Shown: positions 36,987-49,130 of the stretch, piece after piece | Layout of the letters: each line of letters starts with the position of its first letter | How positions within the stretch are numbered: position 1 is the stretch's first letter | Assembly: GCA_963708295.1 (NCBI GenBank) | Contig: CAVPSJ010000015.1 | Coordinates: forward strand, 64,001-128,000 | Reading direction: 5' to 3' | From: an uncultured delta proteobacterium | GTDB lineage: Bacteria; Desulfobacterota; BSN033; UBA1163 | DNA: 64,000 nt | Program-made: the position numbers and the translations under genes | Notes under the pieces: model-generated | The model's input: only the letters and a program-made list of their open reading frames with translations | Told to the model about the DNA's origin: nothing | Database searches by the model: none

Positions 36987-39207
36987 CTAATCAGGGTTTG
37001 TGGTCAAAGGCACATCGGACGCTTCTCCTCCCCAGCCCATGCCATAGGTACTTCCATCGGAAGAGTGGATAATCCACCAGCCGCCATTGCTATTCTGGTA
37101 AACGGCCACGTCGGTCTTTCCATCACCATCGTAATCCCCAGGCACAGGGGTGAATCCAGATCCGCCCCATCCCACTCCGTAGGCCCCCACCTGTCCTTGT
37201 GGTCCCACACCAGAAGAAGGAATGATCCACCAGGCACCGGTGGTGGTATTGTAGATGGCAATGTCTGTCTTCCCATCTCCATCATAATCCCCAAGAACAG
37301 GGCTGAATCCAGAGCCTCCCCAACCGACTCCGTAAGCGGGGGTACCGGAAGAGGGGATGATCCACCAGGCACCTCCAGTGGTATCGTAGATGGCAATATC
37401 CGTTCTTCCATCTCCATCGTAATCTCCTGGGAACGGGTTTGAATCCAGATCCACCCCAGCCGACTCCATAGGCTGGAATACCGGAAGAGGGGATGATCCA
37501 CCAGGCACCTCCGGTGGTATCGTAGATGGCAATATCGGTCTTTCCATCTCCGTCGTAATCTCCAGGGAACGGGTTTGAATGCCAGAGTCCACCCCAACCG
37601 ACTCCATAGGCTGGGACTATCCAGAAGAGGGGATGATCCACCAGGCACCTCCTGTGGTATCGTAGATGGCAATATCGGTCTTTCCATCTCCATCATAGTC
37701 TCCGGGGACAGGTTTGAATCCAGAGTCCACCCCAGCCATAGCCATAGGCAGGAGCACCTGAGGAGGGAGTGATCCACCAGACACCGGTGCTGGAACGGTA
37801 GAAGGCAATATCGGTCTTTCGATCACCATCAAAATCAAAGATCTCCGGGCGGGGATTAACCATCACGTCATCAAATAAAGCTTCGATGGTCGCCTCCTTG
37901 CCGGCAAGATCCCGAATCCGGGTCGTTATTTCTTTCGACTGAATATTGGGTGGATGAGTACTCGTTACCGGTGTATAGCTGGCACTTTCATTATCAATTT
38001 TAAAGGTGATCTGACTTCCATCCCAGCCAAGCAATAGCGTATAGGTATTCCCTAATGTAATCGGCGTAGCAAATGTCCCCGATGTTATGACCACCGAATT
38101 ACTTCCCGCAGAATCCGAAAATGTCCAAACAGTCCAACCCACGATTGGATTTTCTCCTGTCCCCCCAATATAAACTTCAGCCCCTACGTCACCCAAGAAT
38201 CCTCCTCCTGGGGTCCCATCATTATAGAAAATTCCCCCGATGCGAGCGCTCACAACCGCTCCTTGCGCATTTTCGTATATCGTTGGCGTTACCTTGGCTT
38301 GGATTACATTGATCGAAGAAGGATTTAGAAATTCATGACGATTATAAATACCAGAGGTAGATGCCGTACTGCTTCTGACCTTTGACCGAAGCTTTCCGTC
38401 TGATATCTCCTTCACATATTCATAGTCGATCCATTTTGTTTCATCGATGGTTGGAGGAGAGAAATCATCATATAGAACCCCGTTCTTGTAAATATTATCA
38501 AAAGTAGCAGAGATGTACCCTGATGAGACGGAGTTAGTTACATCAACCCGGGTTCCAATGACTTTCCGGGGGACGTTAGCATATCCGACTCGTGTTGGAA
38601 GTCCAACAGGGCCAAAGGTTTTTTCTTCCGCCCCAACTTTGAATGTAAATTGGTTAACTCCCGGATCATAGCTGACGTATAAGGTATAGGTCGTCCCAGC
38701 ACTAATAGGTGTCGCAAATTCCCCATACCCCAAGACAGGACCCGTACTACCATCAGCACTCGTGAGCCTTACAACCTCCCACGCAGCATAAAGTCCCGTA
38801 GAATCTTTCCGAAGGAACACCTCTCCAACGATGCTCCCTATAATCCCTCCACCTGCAGTGCCATCATAGTACCATGTACCTGAGACCCTTGCCCACGTCT
38901 CGGCCTGATTGCTGATATCCGCTTGATGAATGGTAACATCCGCTTGAATTGAATTAACGGAGTTCGGGTCTACAAACGCCAAGCGATTCGCATCCCAATA
39001 GGGATAAGCAGAAGGTCTTGTACTGGCTTGTTTCACCAATAGCCTCTGATTTGCCGAGTCGATCTCTCTTACCATTTCGCCTTGTCTCCATTTAGTTCTG
39101 TCGATATAGGTCCCTGAAAAATCATCATAGGGAACAAGTGAGAAAGATAATGCGGGAAGAAATAAAACAAAAGATAAGACGATCAAGAATATCTTAGGCT
39201 TTTTCAT
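36987..39207 (-). CDS. Secreted protein with duplicated beta-rich domain and six FG-GAP/VCBS-like repeats, frameshifted several times
   Basis: Signal peptide; two YDDFS..ID.TKW domains; repeats PVPGDYDGDGKTDIAIY...WWIIPSSG...WGG spread over three frames. Confidence 0.8.
37040..37840 (-). repeat. Six coding tandem repeats of about 135 bp
   Basis: GATCCACCAGGCACC-like anchors at 37071, 37224, 37359, 37495, 37635 and 37771. Confidence 0.85.
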
Positions 39208-39306
39208 AGAAATGTTCTCCTTTCTGACTATATATGGCCTCTTAGACATTTTTGATGGCTCCCTTTTGGATTAAAAAAGTCCCTCGCATTCAGGCGATCA
39301 CTTTAG

Positions 39307-39585
39307 TTAATCGAAAAAAGATTTATAGCGTGATAGGAATATCTGACGGATCTCCACCCCACACTCCACTGCATCTACTACACTGGCAAATTCAGCCAGA
39401 AAGTTGTCTCCTGGTGCATCCACCACCCGGCCATGATGATGCTGAATGAGGTTGGCCATCACCTCTTTGTTAGTGTTCAGGGTTTCGAGGGTTCCAGCCT
39501 CATCCTTGGCCTTGAGGCGGTGGCAGGCCTTCACATCCGCACTTAGGATGGTAGTGAGTCTGCGTTTAACTTCTTGCGTGGTCAT
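39307..39585 (-). pseudogene. Class III adenylate/guanylate cyclase N-terminal fragment
   Basis: KRRLTTILSADV, HHGRVVDAPGDNFLAEFASVVDAVEC, then homology stops. Confidence 0.75.
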
Positions 39586-39843
39586 GGAGTCCCCCAAAAA
39601 CTCCATAAAAGGAAGGGAAAAAATAAGGTTATTTAGAAGGGTTCTTACTCCAATATTGATAAAAAACTACTCTTTTTGGATAAAAATGTCAACCAGAAAT
39701 AAACGATTAACATTTGAAATGTTGTATTGAGGCGAGATTTTGGAAAATAGCGAGGAAGAAGTCACCATCACGCTTGACAATGTCTGCAAAGTCAAATTCC
39801 GACTTTCACAAATAAAGGGATGTGACGATGAGAGGGCGGTGGA

Positions 39844-40717
39844 TCAGTGATAAAGCCAATACGTAGCGCTAATCGAATCTTCGCCGAGCATGGGCATCTT
39901 CACTCCGCTGGCAATCAGGCTATAACGCATCAATATTCCACCGATGAGAATGAGACCTGAGCCGACCTGAAGCAGCGGTGCCGAGGATGAAATATTATCG
40001 ATGATATACAACACGAGCGGTACGACCAACCCTATGGCTACGACACCCATCACGAACATAAAAAAGAGATTGCCTTTGATCAACTGACGGACCGAGAACT
40101 GAGCTGCTTTTGAACCTTGCCCTGCGATGATCATATAAATCAGAAGGAATGACCCATAAATCACGAGTAGCCAGAGCGTGACTCGGCTCAAATTGAAATT
40201 TACATGGCCCAATCCTCCCACTAAGGTAACCACAGCGCTCCCAGAGACCAAGGCAGCACTCAGTAAAAGTAACGAGAGGCCGGACCCACTCCAAAAGGGT
40301 ATCGCCTTCATGAGGCCCATCAGCGCTCCGGGATATATTATTGTGAGGAATGATACCATCACACCAAGCCACACGACTGAATACAATGCACCCGTTGCTA
40401 AACCGGTGGACAGTATCCCGATCGTTGCTATCGAAAAAATGATGAGGAGGGAAAGGCTGATGGCACCTACAGTCAACGGCGATTTGATATTAAAAAATGC
40501 TCTCGGGACCCGCCGCTACAGAAGTCGAATCTTTTACAAGCCCGAATACGCATATTAAGACCAAAACCAAAGATGCGAATACGCCGGTTAAGAAAATCCT
40601 GCCGCCGAAAAACAGATAGGGGAGCACCGATATCATATAAACGCCGCCAGCCGTTCCTCCACAAAATACCTCAATGGCGATAGGCCAACCCCATTCCCTT
40701 TGCGATTTATACGCCAT
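39844..40717 (-). CDS. NrfD/PsrC-type membrane anchor (PadD-like), frameshift near 40520
   Basis: QREWGWPIAIEVFCGGTAGG start, TGALY, PFW, LIGGILMRY; about 8 TM helices. Confidence 0.75.
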
Positions 40718-41417
40718 TTTCCAATCCTTCCTCACCCCCATCGCTTCTCTGCTTCGTCCTGACCCTTGCCGGCAAGGGTCTGCCAACAGAGACGTAAAAT
40801 ACCGACGGACCCGTGTTAAATTCTCCGTGTAGTACCTCCCCTCTATGACTGCCGATGAGTCTCGATATTTCACTCTTTGGATCGTTCAGATCGCCGAACG
40901 TCCTGGCGTTCACGGGACAGGCGTTTACACATGCCGGATTTGCATCCCACTCCACCCCCGGCGTCAAACCATGTGCGATTCCCCGTTCGATTCGATCTTT
41001 ACAGAAGTTGCATTTCTCGACAGTGCCGGGTTGCCTTGAAATAGAGCATTCTTCTTTCCGGCAGCCTTCCGTTGTTAAATAAGTGTCCTCGGGATTTTCA
41101 AACCGAACATGATACGGACAGGCCACCATGCAGGCCTTGCATCCTATGCATTTATTCTGGTCGATAGCGACGATACCATCAACTCGCTTATGCGTTGCCC
41201 CTGAGGGGCAGACTTGCTCGCAAGAGGCATTCTCGCAGTGCATGCAGAGTATTGGCAAGAAGGTCCTGATGACATTTGGGTATTTTCCTCGCTCGTAATC
41301 ATAAACGAAAGTCCAAAATACCCCCTTTCCTGTCTTATTTTCCGCCTTGCAGGCGTACGTGCAAGCATGACACCCAATGCAGCGGAACAGATCGATTACC
41401 ATTCCCCATCTTGACAC
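40707..41417 (-). CDS. padC: 4Fe-4S electron-transfer subunit (PadC/DmsB-like)
   Basis: WGMVIDL.RCIGCHAC..AC, CMHCENASCEQVCP, CIGCKACMVACPY, KCNFC...ACVNACP. Confidence 0.8.
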   Translation of the reverse strand: MSRWGMVIDLFRCIGCHACTYACKAENKTGKGVFWTFVYDYERGKYPNVIRTFLPILCMHCENASCEQVCPSGATHKRVDGIVAIDQNKCIGCKACMVACPYHVRFENPEDTYLTTEGCRKEECSISRQPGTVEKCNFCKDRIERGIAHGLTPGVEWDANPACVNACPVNARTFGDLNDPKSEISRLIGSHRGEVLHGEFNTGPSVFYVSVGRPLPARVRTKQRSDGGEEGLENGV

Positions 41418-41423
41418 GTCACG

Positions 41424-44167
41424 TTACCTCTTTTTGGAGATCTTAACTTTAACGTGATCCGAGCTTGAGCCTGTCGCATCTGTCATCCGGATTTCATTTG
41501 GCTCAATTTCATTCATGTTAGGCCAGCGTCTGTCTTTGGCGAAAGGAGTCATCCAGTGGCCGAAATATTGAGTGACGACCAGGCAATCGGGCCTTACCCC
41601 TTGACGGCAGAATGCTTCCGCCTCTATCTCTCCCCATGGGGATCGGATGAGGAGCTTATCTCCAGTACGGATGCCCTTCCCGGCAGCCATATCGGCATTG
41701 ATTTGAACCTGAGGGAGACCCATCACATGCTCGGAAACATCCAGAGCCATTGGAAGCATGGCGTTGGTCGCCCATGCAAACTGACCGGCCCGGCTACAAA
41801 TCAACCACATGTCGTATTCATCGCCCGTCCCAAAATCTTTGGAGAAATCATAGCAATCTGGTATTCCTTTATATTCCTCCATCTGCTTATCCCAGAATTT
41901 AAGGTTGTGCTCTTTGAGCCTCTCCTTAAGCTCATCACCTATTTGCTTGAGGCGGCCCTGATACGGGAGCTCATAGCGAAGCTCATTCTTTACCATCTCC
42001 CTGTAATGATAAGTCTCAAGCCTGGGATAAGGCATAAAGTAGCCCCCATTTTCTTTGAACCAGTCTAATCCATGCTTTCCTCCGGTAACCGTCTTGCATT
42101 GAGCGTCAACGATCTCCTCGACCGTGTACTTCTCTTTCAGATTTTAGCGAGTACGGACCCGGTTCCTTGGTCACAGGGTCCGCCAACATCGTTCGGTTGA
42201 TTCCCTTATTGTACGCTTCAAGGATTCCAATCCTGGCCGCTAGTTCTGTAAATATGTCTGTGATGTCCATCGTGTTTACTGGAGTCGCCACGGGTTGCCG
42301 GATATGGAACCCCTGATAAGGTTCGTTGCCTCTTTTGACAAAGTTGGGGCCGCCCATCCGGAAAAGCTGCAAACCTTCCAAATCTGTTGCTTCCGGCAGA
42401 AGGATATCGGCGTAGTGAGAGGTCTCGTCGAAAGTGTAGGCAAACGCCACATGAAAAGGGGATCCTCTCAAGGACTTTGCGCACTGTTTCGAGATTAAAC
42501 TGGGAAAGCGCCGGGTTGGCTCGATGAGTGATATAGACTTCTGGAACGCTTGCCTTCGGCCAGCCCTCGGGCGGGTCAAGAATCGTCTTCCAAGCGAGAT
42601 GGTAGGCCCCCATCCAGCTTGATAGAGGACTGAGGCTATGGACCCCGGTTCTCAGTGATGGCGGCCACTGCCAGTGTTCTTTGTCAGTCGGAGCGAATGC
42701 TCTCTTAGCAAAGCCATATGAATCGGGGATACGTGGCCCGGTCTCAGGAGCCCTTTCGACCGCTTCCAGCAATCTGGCTCCTGGAGACATGTGCCCGCCG
42801 GGCACCTCAAGCCCGCCCACCAAGACAGAGAGCATGTGCGATCCCCATTCCGCCTGATAGGCGCCGAGACCGTTGTTCACATCTTTACCGAGGTTTATGC
42901 ATACCGGTCTGTAAGGCAGGACTTCGCCGTCTATCTCTATCGTGCTCCCAATTTGAGCAGTCTCTACCCATTCCATTGCAAGGCGTCTAATCGTGGATGC
43001 GGGCACGTCACATATCTCGGCTGCCCATTCGGGTTTGTACTTTTCCATCTCCTCCTTAAACAATTGGAAGCTTGGCTTAGCTCTTAATGCCGTTCACTTC
43101 ATATTCGCCTTCGAGAGCAAAATCCTGGACATGACGGTCGAACGGCTTCGCTTCGTTGGCGACGGAGTCCCATACGAGCGGCTTATGAGTTTCTGAGTCT
43201 TCCAGGTAATAACCGTTATCGAGCCTGATGAGGTAAGGAGCGTTGGTCCTCTGTTTGAGGAAAGGGATATCGAGCTTGCGGATCTCGTAGAGAATGGAAT
43301 GGATCATCGCAAACATAAACGCTGCATCGGTCTTCGGCTTTATTGGGATCCATTCATCGGACTTGGCTCCGGATACCGAAAGATGGGGTTCGACCTGGAC
43401 GAATCTGGCCCCTCTGGCTCGAGCATCCGCGTACCTTCGATACCCCTGCGTTCCTGTGCTTGTGTTTATACCCCTTCCAAAATTTATCACGAGCTTGACA
43501 AAGGGGGTATCATCGAAGCAGACGAAGGAGCTATGCCAGAGTTCACCGTAGACGTGTTCGCAGTGAGCGCATTTCACGCCGCTCCCTTGACGCAACGACC
43601 CATCCACGGGACCCAGCGCCCCGAAAAACGGGGTCCACGTGCCATTAAAGGCCGGCCCAACCCCGTCCGAAGCCGTGGAGACCGCGACTCTCAATTGCCC
43701 GCTCTCGTCACGCATCCCTTTCTTTCTAATCTCTTTCAACTTCGAAGCGACGATATCGAGCGCCTCATCCCAGCTGATTTCCTTCCAACCGGGATCTTCG
43801 CTGGCCCCTTTTCTCGGATTGGTGCGTTTCATCGGTCCTTTGATCCGATGGGGGTTATAGAGCTTTTCGATCAAACTCATCGCTTTAAAACAGCATTTCC
43901 CGTCATTCGGATGCATGCCCATGAAATTGGGGTTGCCTTCGACCTTATCCGCAACACCCTCCTTATTTATGTGAACTCGGATAGGATCAGGACCACTGTT
44001 ACATAATAAGCAGTAAGTGGAAACCCATTTTTCTCCGGGTTCGGCTTGGCCGGCACCCATGGGCGACCAGAATAAAGTGGATTCCTGGAATGGCTGCTCT
44101 TTCGCCGCAGTGAAGAACTTGTTTTTTGTTTTATGCAATCACAGTTTGGCGAACAGCCATCTTTCAT
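41424..44167 (-). CDS. padB: Molybdopterin oxidoreductase catalytic subunit, phenylacetyl-CoA:acceptor oxidoreductase PadB-like, several frameshifts
   Basis: TYCLLCNSGPD, YNPHRI..PMKRTNP.KG..EDPG, GVKCAHCEHVYGELWH, ETSHYADILLPEATDLE, C-terminal molybdopterin-binding domain; split over at least 4 ORFs. Confidence 0.75.
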
Positions 44168-44373
44168 AACCTCCATAAATTCATCTATTTTAATATTTCT
44201 GAACTGAGAAACGCCATTCCCCTTTGTATCGATTCATCAGTGGGCCATCTGGCCGTTGACAACTCTGCCTGAAGTGGGTTACGTGTCAAAAAAATGAATG
44301 ATTTTTCTGGAAACTTCATAGACATTTTTATGGGGCACGTTTGAGAAGAGAATTTGTGTGTGAGGAGGTTTAA

Positions 44374-45322
44374 ATGAAGAGAATCGTAGCGTCATTCGTG
44401 ATCATTCTGCTTCTGATGACGGCAGGGACTGCATTTGGTCGAAGAGAAGGTAAAGATCGGTTATCTTCGCATTGTCGATTAGCCTGCCCACCTTTGTGGC
44501 GGTGGAGAAAGGCCTTTTCGAGCAGGAGGGGCTGAAGGTGGAGCTTACCCCTTTTGAGTCAGGCACGTTGATCGTCAGTGCCCTGATGGCGGGCAGGATC
44601 GATGCCAACGCCTGCAGCGCCATTACCGGGTTCTGGTTCGCCGAACAGAGCACGCCGGATCAATTCAAGATCTTTTTGACGTACGGGACCCCTTCTCGGA
44701 AGAACCCGAGCTTTGTGGCAGTGGTGAAGAAGGACTCCCCGCTGAAGGATTTAAGGGATCTCAAGGGGAAGCGGGTTGGGACATACCCCGGTGCCTCCTC
44801 TGTAGAATTGGCCAGGGCGATCATCCGCACTCAGATGGACCCAGCGGGTGTTATCTTTCAAGAAGTGCCCCCTACGATTCTCATTTCCGCACTTAGCCGC
44901 CGGACAGATTGATGCCTTCTTTGCACCGGAGCCGATGGGGATGATCGCGATCTCTCAAGGGATAGGAAGGCACCTGGTAGAGGAACCCTTCGGTCTCCTT
45001 GGGCTGGAGAAAGGATTCGCCGGGCGCAGGTTTTGGCTTTTCGTCTCAATTCCTAAAACAGAACCCCATGCTTGCGAAGAAACTTAAAGCCTTGTACTAC
45101 AAGGCCGTCGATCTTATCGAGAAGGACGAAAAGGCTGCTCGACCTTTGCTGCCAAAATACACGGGCCTTTCTGAATCGATCGCCATGAATATACCCATCC
45201 AAAAGTGGATGAAGATCGAGACACTCGACAAGGAGGCGACACAACAATATTTTGATCTTCTTTACAAAGAGGGGGCCTATAAGAAGAAGGTTGATACGAC
45301 GAAGTTGTACTATCAGGACTAA
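44374..45322 (+). CDS. NMT1/SsuA-like ABC substrate-binding protein, about 3 frameshifts
   Basis: GAGGAGG RBS, signal peptide, SLPTFVAVEKGLFEQEGLKVE, DLKGKRVG, LAAGQIDAFFAPEP. Confidence 0.8.
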
Positions 45323-45404
45323 ATAAGAGGAAGCAGCCGATTTCTCAGTCGGACATGGCGAATGGTTTCATCACGCGCACCTCTCGTAGGTTGTACTCTG
45401 TTTC

Positions 45405-46911
45405 CTATAACTGTCTTTTGGCAATCTTTCCTGTGCTCAACTTGGGCAAGGAATCTTTGAATTCGAGTTGCCGAGGCATCTTAAAACTGGCCAGTCTTTC
45501 TTTACAGAAGGATAGGATCTCCTGATGCGTCGCTGTTTCACCATGCTTCAAGACAACAACCGCCCTTATCACTTGACCCCGTTTAGCATCCGGGATCCCG
45601 ACCGCAGCTGCTTCCTGGACTTTGGGATGGTTAAGCAATACGGTCTCTACCTCTGATGGATAGACATTGAGACCTCCGCTGATGATCATATCGTCAGCCC
45701 GACCCAGGACATACAGATAACCCTCTTCATCAAATCGTCCTAAGTCTCCGGAATGATACCATCCGTCCTTAATCTTTTTTGCCGTGGCCTCAGGATCTTT
45801 GAAATAACCTTTCATGATTTGAGGCCCACGGGCAATAATCTCCCCTATCTGACCTACTTCGACTTCTTTTCCATCTTGACCGATGATCTTCAGCTCCGCC
45901 CTGGGAGCTGCTTTCCCAACACTCGCCATCTTCCGTTTGAGCATCCTTCAAATGAGTATGGGTCAGAAGAGGAGAGGTTTCGGTTGCTCCGTAGCCCTGA
46001 ACAGGTTGGAGGTGTGGATATCTTTCTCCAAGGTCCTTCATCAACTGTTCCGGAACGACCGTCCCCATCATAGAGATTACTCTTAAACTGGAACAATCAT
46101 ACCGCTCCCAATGGGGAATATTCAAAATCAATTGGAAAATGGAGGGAGTACCAGGTAAATAAGTAATCCGATGGTTTTGGATCGCATCGAGAATTTTCTT
46201 CGGTTTCATCTCATCAATGACAGAGACCGACATCCCGGATTCCACCATCAAATTCAGGATGCAGGGACCAACGATGTGAGAGATGGGGAGAACAAGACCA
46301 TAGGTGTCTTGTTCAGAGATGAGCATGGCATGACGTACCGTTTCAGGGAAGCAGGTGAGATGATCGTTGGTGAGAACGACCCCCTTCGGTCTTCCTGTCG
46401 TCCCAGAGGTATAAAGGTAGAGGGATTCATCTTCTTCTTGAAGGGGAATCGAAATTTTTTCAGAGGATTCCTTTTCGATGATCTCTTCATAGGAGTGCCA
46501 ATCCCTGATATCTTCGCCCTCGGCCCCCGTCACCACAATATGCTGCAAGGTAGGAACACTCTTTAGCACGCGATCAATGAAAACTTTCTGCCTGACATTG
46601 GTAATCATGGCGGAAACCTCCGCCTCCTGAAAGATCGGCTCCATTTCGGCAGGGCTGAGACGAACATCGAGGACCACGGCGATCGCTCCAATTTTCAGGA
46701 TGGCAAAGTAAGCCACACAGAACTCAGGACAGTTTTGAAAAAGTAGGACAACGCGATCTCCCTTTTTGACCCCAACCTTGAGGAGTCGATTAGCTAATCG
46801 GTTAGAGAGGGTGTTAAGGTCAGAGAAGGTAATCTTCTCTTCCTTGAACAGAATGGCAGGTTTCGTTGGCCTTTCCTTGGCCTGCTTTTCTAAATAATCT
46901 CTTACGATCAT
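45405..46911 (-). CDS. AMP-dependent acyl-CoA synthetase, frameshift near 45935
   Basis: YTSGTTGRPKGV, QGYGATETSP, GWYHSGDLG, GRADDMIISGGLNVYPSEVE, PKLSTGK. Confidence 0.88.
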
Positions 46912-47081
46912 AACGATCCTTATTTATCCAAATTTTGTCGATAAACGTAAAATGCTTTCTCAAATAAGTCAACCATTCGACTCCCAATGATACTTATTCT
47001 GCCGTTGACAACTCAATATAAATAGGTTAATCGAAATTAATTATTTGAATTAGAACCTACGAGTTGAAGCCTTCCGCTCAC

Positions 47082-47122
47082 AGAAGAAGATTGATACGAC
47101 AAAGTTGTACTACGAGAATTAA
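47082..47122 (+). pseudogene. 3'-terminal remnant of a paralog of the substrate-binding gene
   Basis: 35/41 identity to 45282-45322; encodes KKIDTTKLYYEN-stop versus KKVDTTKLYYQD-stop. Confidence 0.7.
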
Positions 47123-47131
47123 CTCAGGAGG

Positions 47132-47980
47132 ATGAAAAGGACCGTGGCTGCGCAAGATACAATGATACCCATGGATACAGTATTATCGGCGGATGCCGTT
47201 AGTCAGGAAGAGGCAATGCAGTGCTGGGATGACGGCGCTGAGGAATTCGCCGGGCGTTTCAAGAGAAATGAGGAATTTTTTCATAAGCATGTCATTAATC
47301 CTACCCTCCTCGATCTCCTTGGCGATGTTAAAGGCAAGGCCGTCCTCGATGTCGCATGCGGGGAAGGGCACTTTTCTCGGAAGTTGGCTGAACAAGCCAA
47401 GGGCGACATTCAGATCACCGGTATTGACGCTTCAAAAAAGCTGATTGACATTGCTCAAAAGAAAAATGAACCCTTTTCACATTGTATTAGGTTTCTGGTT
47501 GGCGATGCGAGCCGCCTGGACCAGTTATCGTCGAATTCTTTTGACGTCGTTGTCTGTAATATGGCCCTCATGTTTATCAAGCGATATGAGGAAACGATCC
47601 AAGAGGTCGCCCGCGTCTTAAAACCACAGGGGCTCTTCGTTTTTTCTCTTCTCCATCCCTGTTTTTTAACCCCGGGTTCGGGATGGATTTTAGAAGATTC
47701 TCCTGACGGGAAGAAGGGGAAGCGAATCGGGTGGAAGACGGACAATTATCATCTCGGGCTTGTTTATCATGGTGTCATGGCGGTATGTGATACAAAGGAA
47801 ACTTATTATTTTTGCCGTACCTTGGAGGATTATTTTCGTGCCCTGCGAAAAGGTGGATTTGTGGTAGAGGATCTTCGAGAACCCTTACCTCCTAAAGAAC
47901 TGATGGAGAGGCATCCCAATTTCAAGGGTGAGGAGAAGAGGTCGATCATGCTTATGATGAAATGCAAACGACTCGTGTGA
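47132..47980 (+). CDS. Class I SAM-dependent methyltransferase
   Basis: VLDVACGEG, TGIDAS, SFDVVVCNMAL, VARVLKPQG.FVFS..HPCF. Confidence 0.9.
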   Translation: MKRTVAAQDTMIPMDTVLSADAVSQEEAMQCWDDGAEEFAGRFKRNEEFFHKHVINPTLLDLLGDVKGKAVLDVACGEGHFSRKLAEQAKGDIQITGIDASKKLIDIAQKKNEPFSHCIRFLVGDASRLDQLSSNSFDVVVCNMALMFIKRYEETIQEVARVLKPQGLFVFSLLHPCFLTPGSGWILEDSPDGKKGKRIGWKTDNYHLGLVYHGVMAVCDTKETYYFCRTLEDYFRALRKGGFVVEDLREPLPPKELMERHPNFKGEEKRSIMLMMKCKRLV

Positions 47981-48126
47981 TCCCCGTGTCTCCCCATCCA
48001 TCATTTCCGATCCTTCGATATGTTCTTGCCATAGTAAAAAAGGAAAGGTTCTTTATCGGAACCGAATTTCCTTACCTCTTTATTTAACGCCTTGGCGACT
48101 CTTCGACATCATAGGTGTGTTTAAAC

Positions 48127-48157
48127 TTGACATTTCTGAAGGCATATTCTAATATGC
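48127..48157 (+). promoter_or_regulatory. vapBC promoter and operator
   Basis: TTGACA-17 nt-TAATAT, overlapped by the perfect inverted repeat GCATATT-CT-AATATGC. Confidence 0.7.
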
Positions 48158-48185
48158 TACAGAAAGATGTTTCTGGAGGCATATT

Positions 48186-48440
48186 ATGAGAACAACACTG
48201 GCAATAAAAGAAGATTTACTTGAGGAGGTAAAAGCCTTGTCAGGCGTAAAAACAAAGAAGGAAGCCGTAGAGAGGGCTCTTGAGGAGTTTATTCGAAGAA
48301 GAAAAGCAAAGAAGTTGCTTGATTACGAAGGGAAAATGGAGCTTTCCTACACCCTGAGCCGGTTGACGAAAAAGGAGAAAAGATGTTCCTCATCGATAGC
48401 TTCGTCTGGGTTGAATACCTTCGTCCAAAAGGGTCCATGA
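48186..48440 (+). CDS. vapB: VapB-type antitoxin; true end probably 48399 after a 1-nt indel
   Basis: MRTTLAIKEDLLEEV..LSGVKTKKEAVERALEEFIRR. Confidence 0.85.
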   Translation: MRTTLAIKEDLLEEVKALSGVKTKKEAVERALEEFIRRRKAKKLLDYEGKMELSYTLSRLTKKEKRCSSSIASSGLNTFVQKGP

Positions 48441-48778
48441 AGGTTAAAGATAGGCTTAGAGAAATCCTCCAGAAAGAAGAAGCGCTTTCCTGTGGAGTGG
48501 TTCTCGTGGAGATATTAAGGGGCGCCAAAAGTGAGAAAGACTTTCAAGCCTTGCATGATTCTCTCATATCTCTTCCTCAAATCCCTATAGATGACGGAGT
48601 GATCGAAAGAGCTTCGAAATGGGGATTTCTATTGGATAGAAAAGGTAAGTCCATTTCCACTACCGATTTGCTCATCGCCGCCGCAGCCTACGAGAAAGCC
48701 CGTCTTTTACATGCAGACAGTGATTTCGAGATCATTTCTTCTATGGTCGATCTGGTTGAAGAAAGAGTAGAATTATAA
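48383..48778 (+). CDS. vapC: VapC PIN-domain toxin
   Basis: LIDSFVW, VLVEILRG, TDLLIAAAA, LHADSDF. Confidence 0.9.
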   Translation: MFLIDSFVWVEYLRPKGSMKVKDRLREILQKEEALSCGVVLVEILRGAKSEKDFQALHDSLISLPQIPIDDGVIERASKWGFLLDRKGKSISTTDLLIAAAAYEKARLLHADSDFEIISSMVDLVEERVEL

Positions 48779-49130
48779 TGATTCCCTATGAGCGGGCGAA
48801 ACGAAGGACGGTCATGGGGCACGAGGAAGCACTTCATGAGGTCTCCCTTAATCCCCTGGGCGAAATCAAATTGCCCGACCAAGAACTGGTGCCGCGGACA
48901 TTAGGACAGGGCTAGTAATTGGATTAAAGAGACACAAGCTGGCTTCATTTCTTGGCTAGTTTTTCTTTGCCAGTTCAATTCTTGCTTCTCGCCTGGCAGT
49001 TAACCTCCGAGATGTTAAAGCTTTCTTCCTGTAATATTCTTTTCCCTAATTCTTAAAAAAAGTGTATCTTACAAATGCAAATGAGCAATGCAACTATGCC
49101 TCGCATAAATGATTTGGGGGTCAATTACAA

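Noticed and set aside
37040-37840. Regularly spaced repeats as a CRISPR array
   Set aside because: Period is about 135 bp, the whole unit is conserved and encodes FG-GAP motifs; there are no unique spacers and no cas genes.
48688-48882. Short minus-strand ORF after vapC
   Set aside because: Possibly a gene remnant, but it overlaps vapC and I cannot assign a family.
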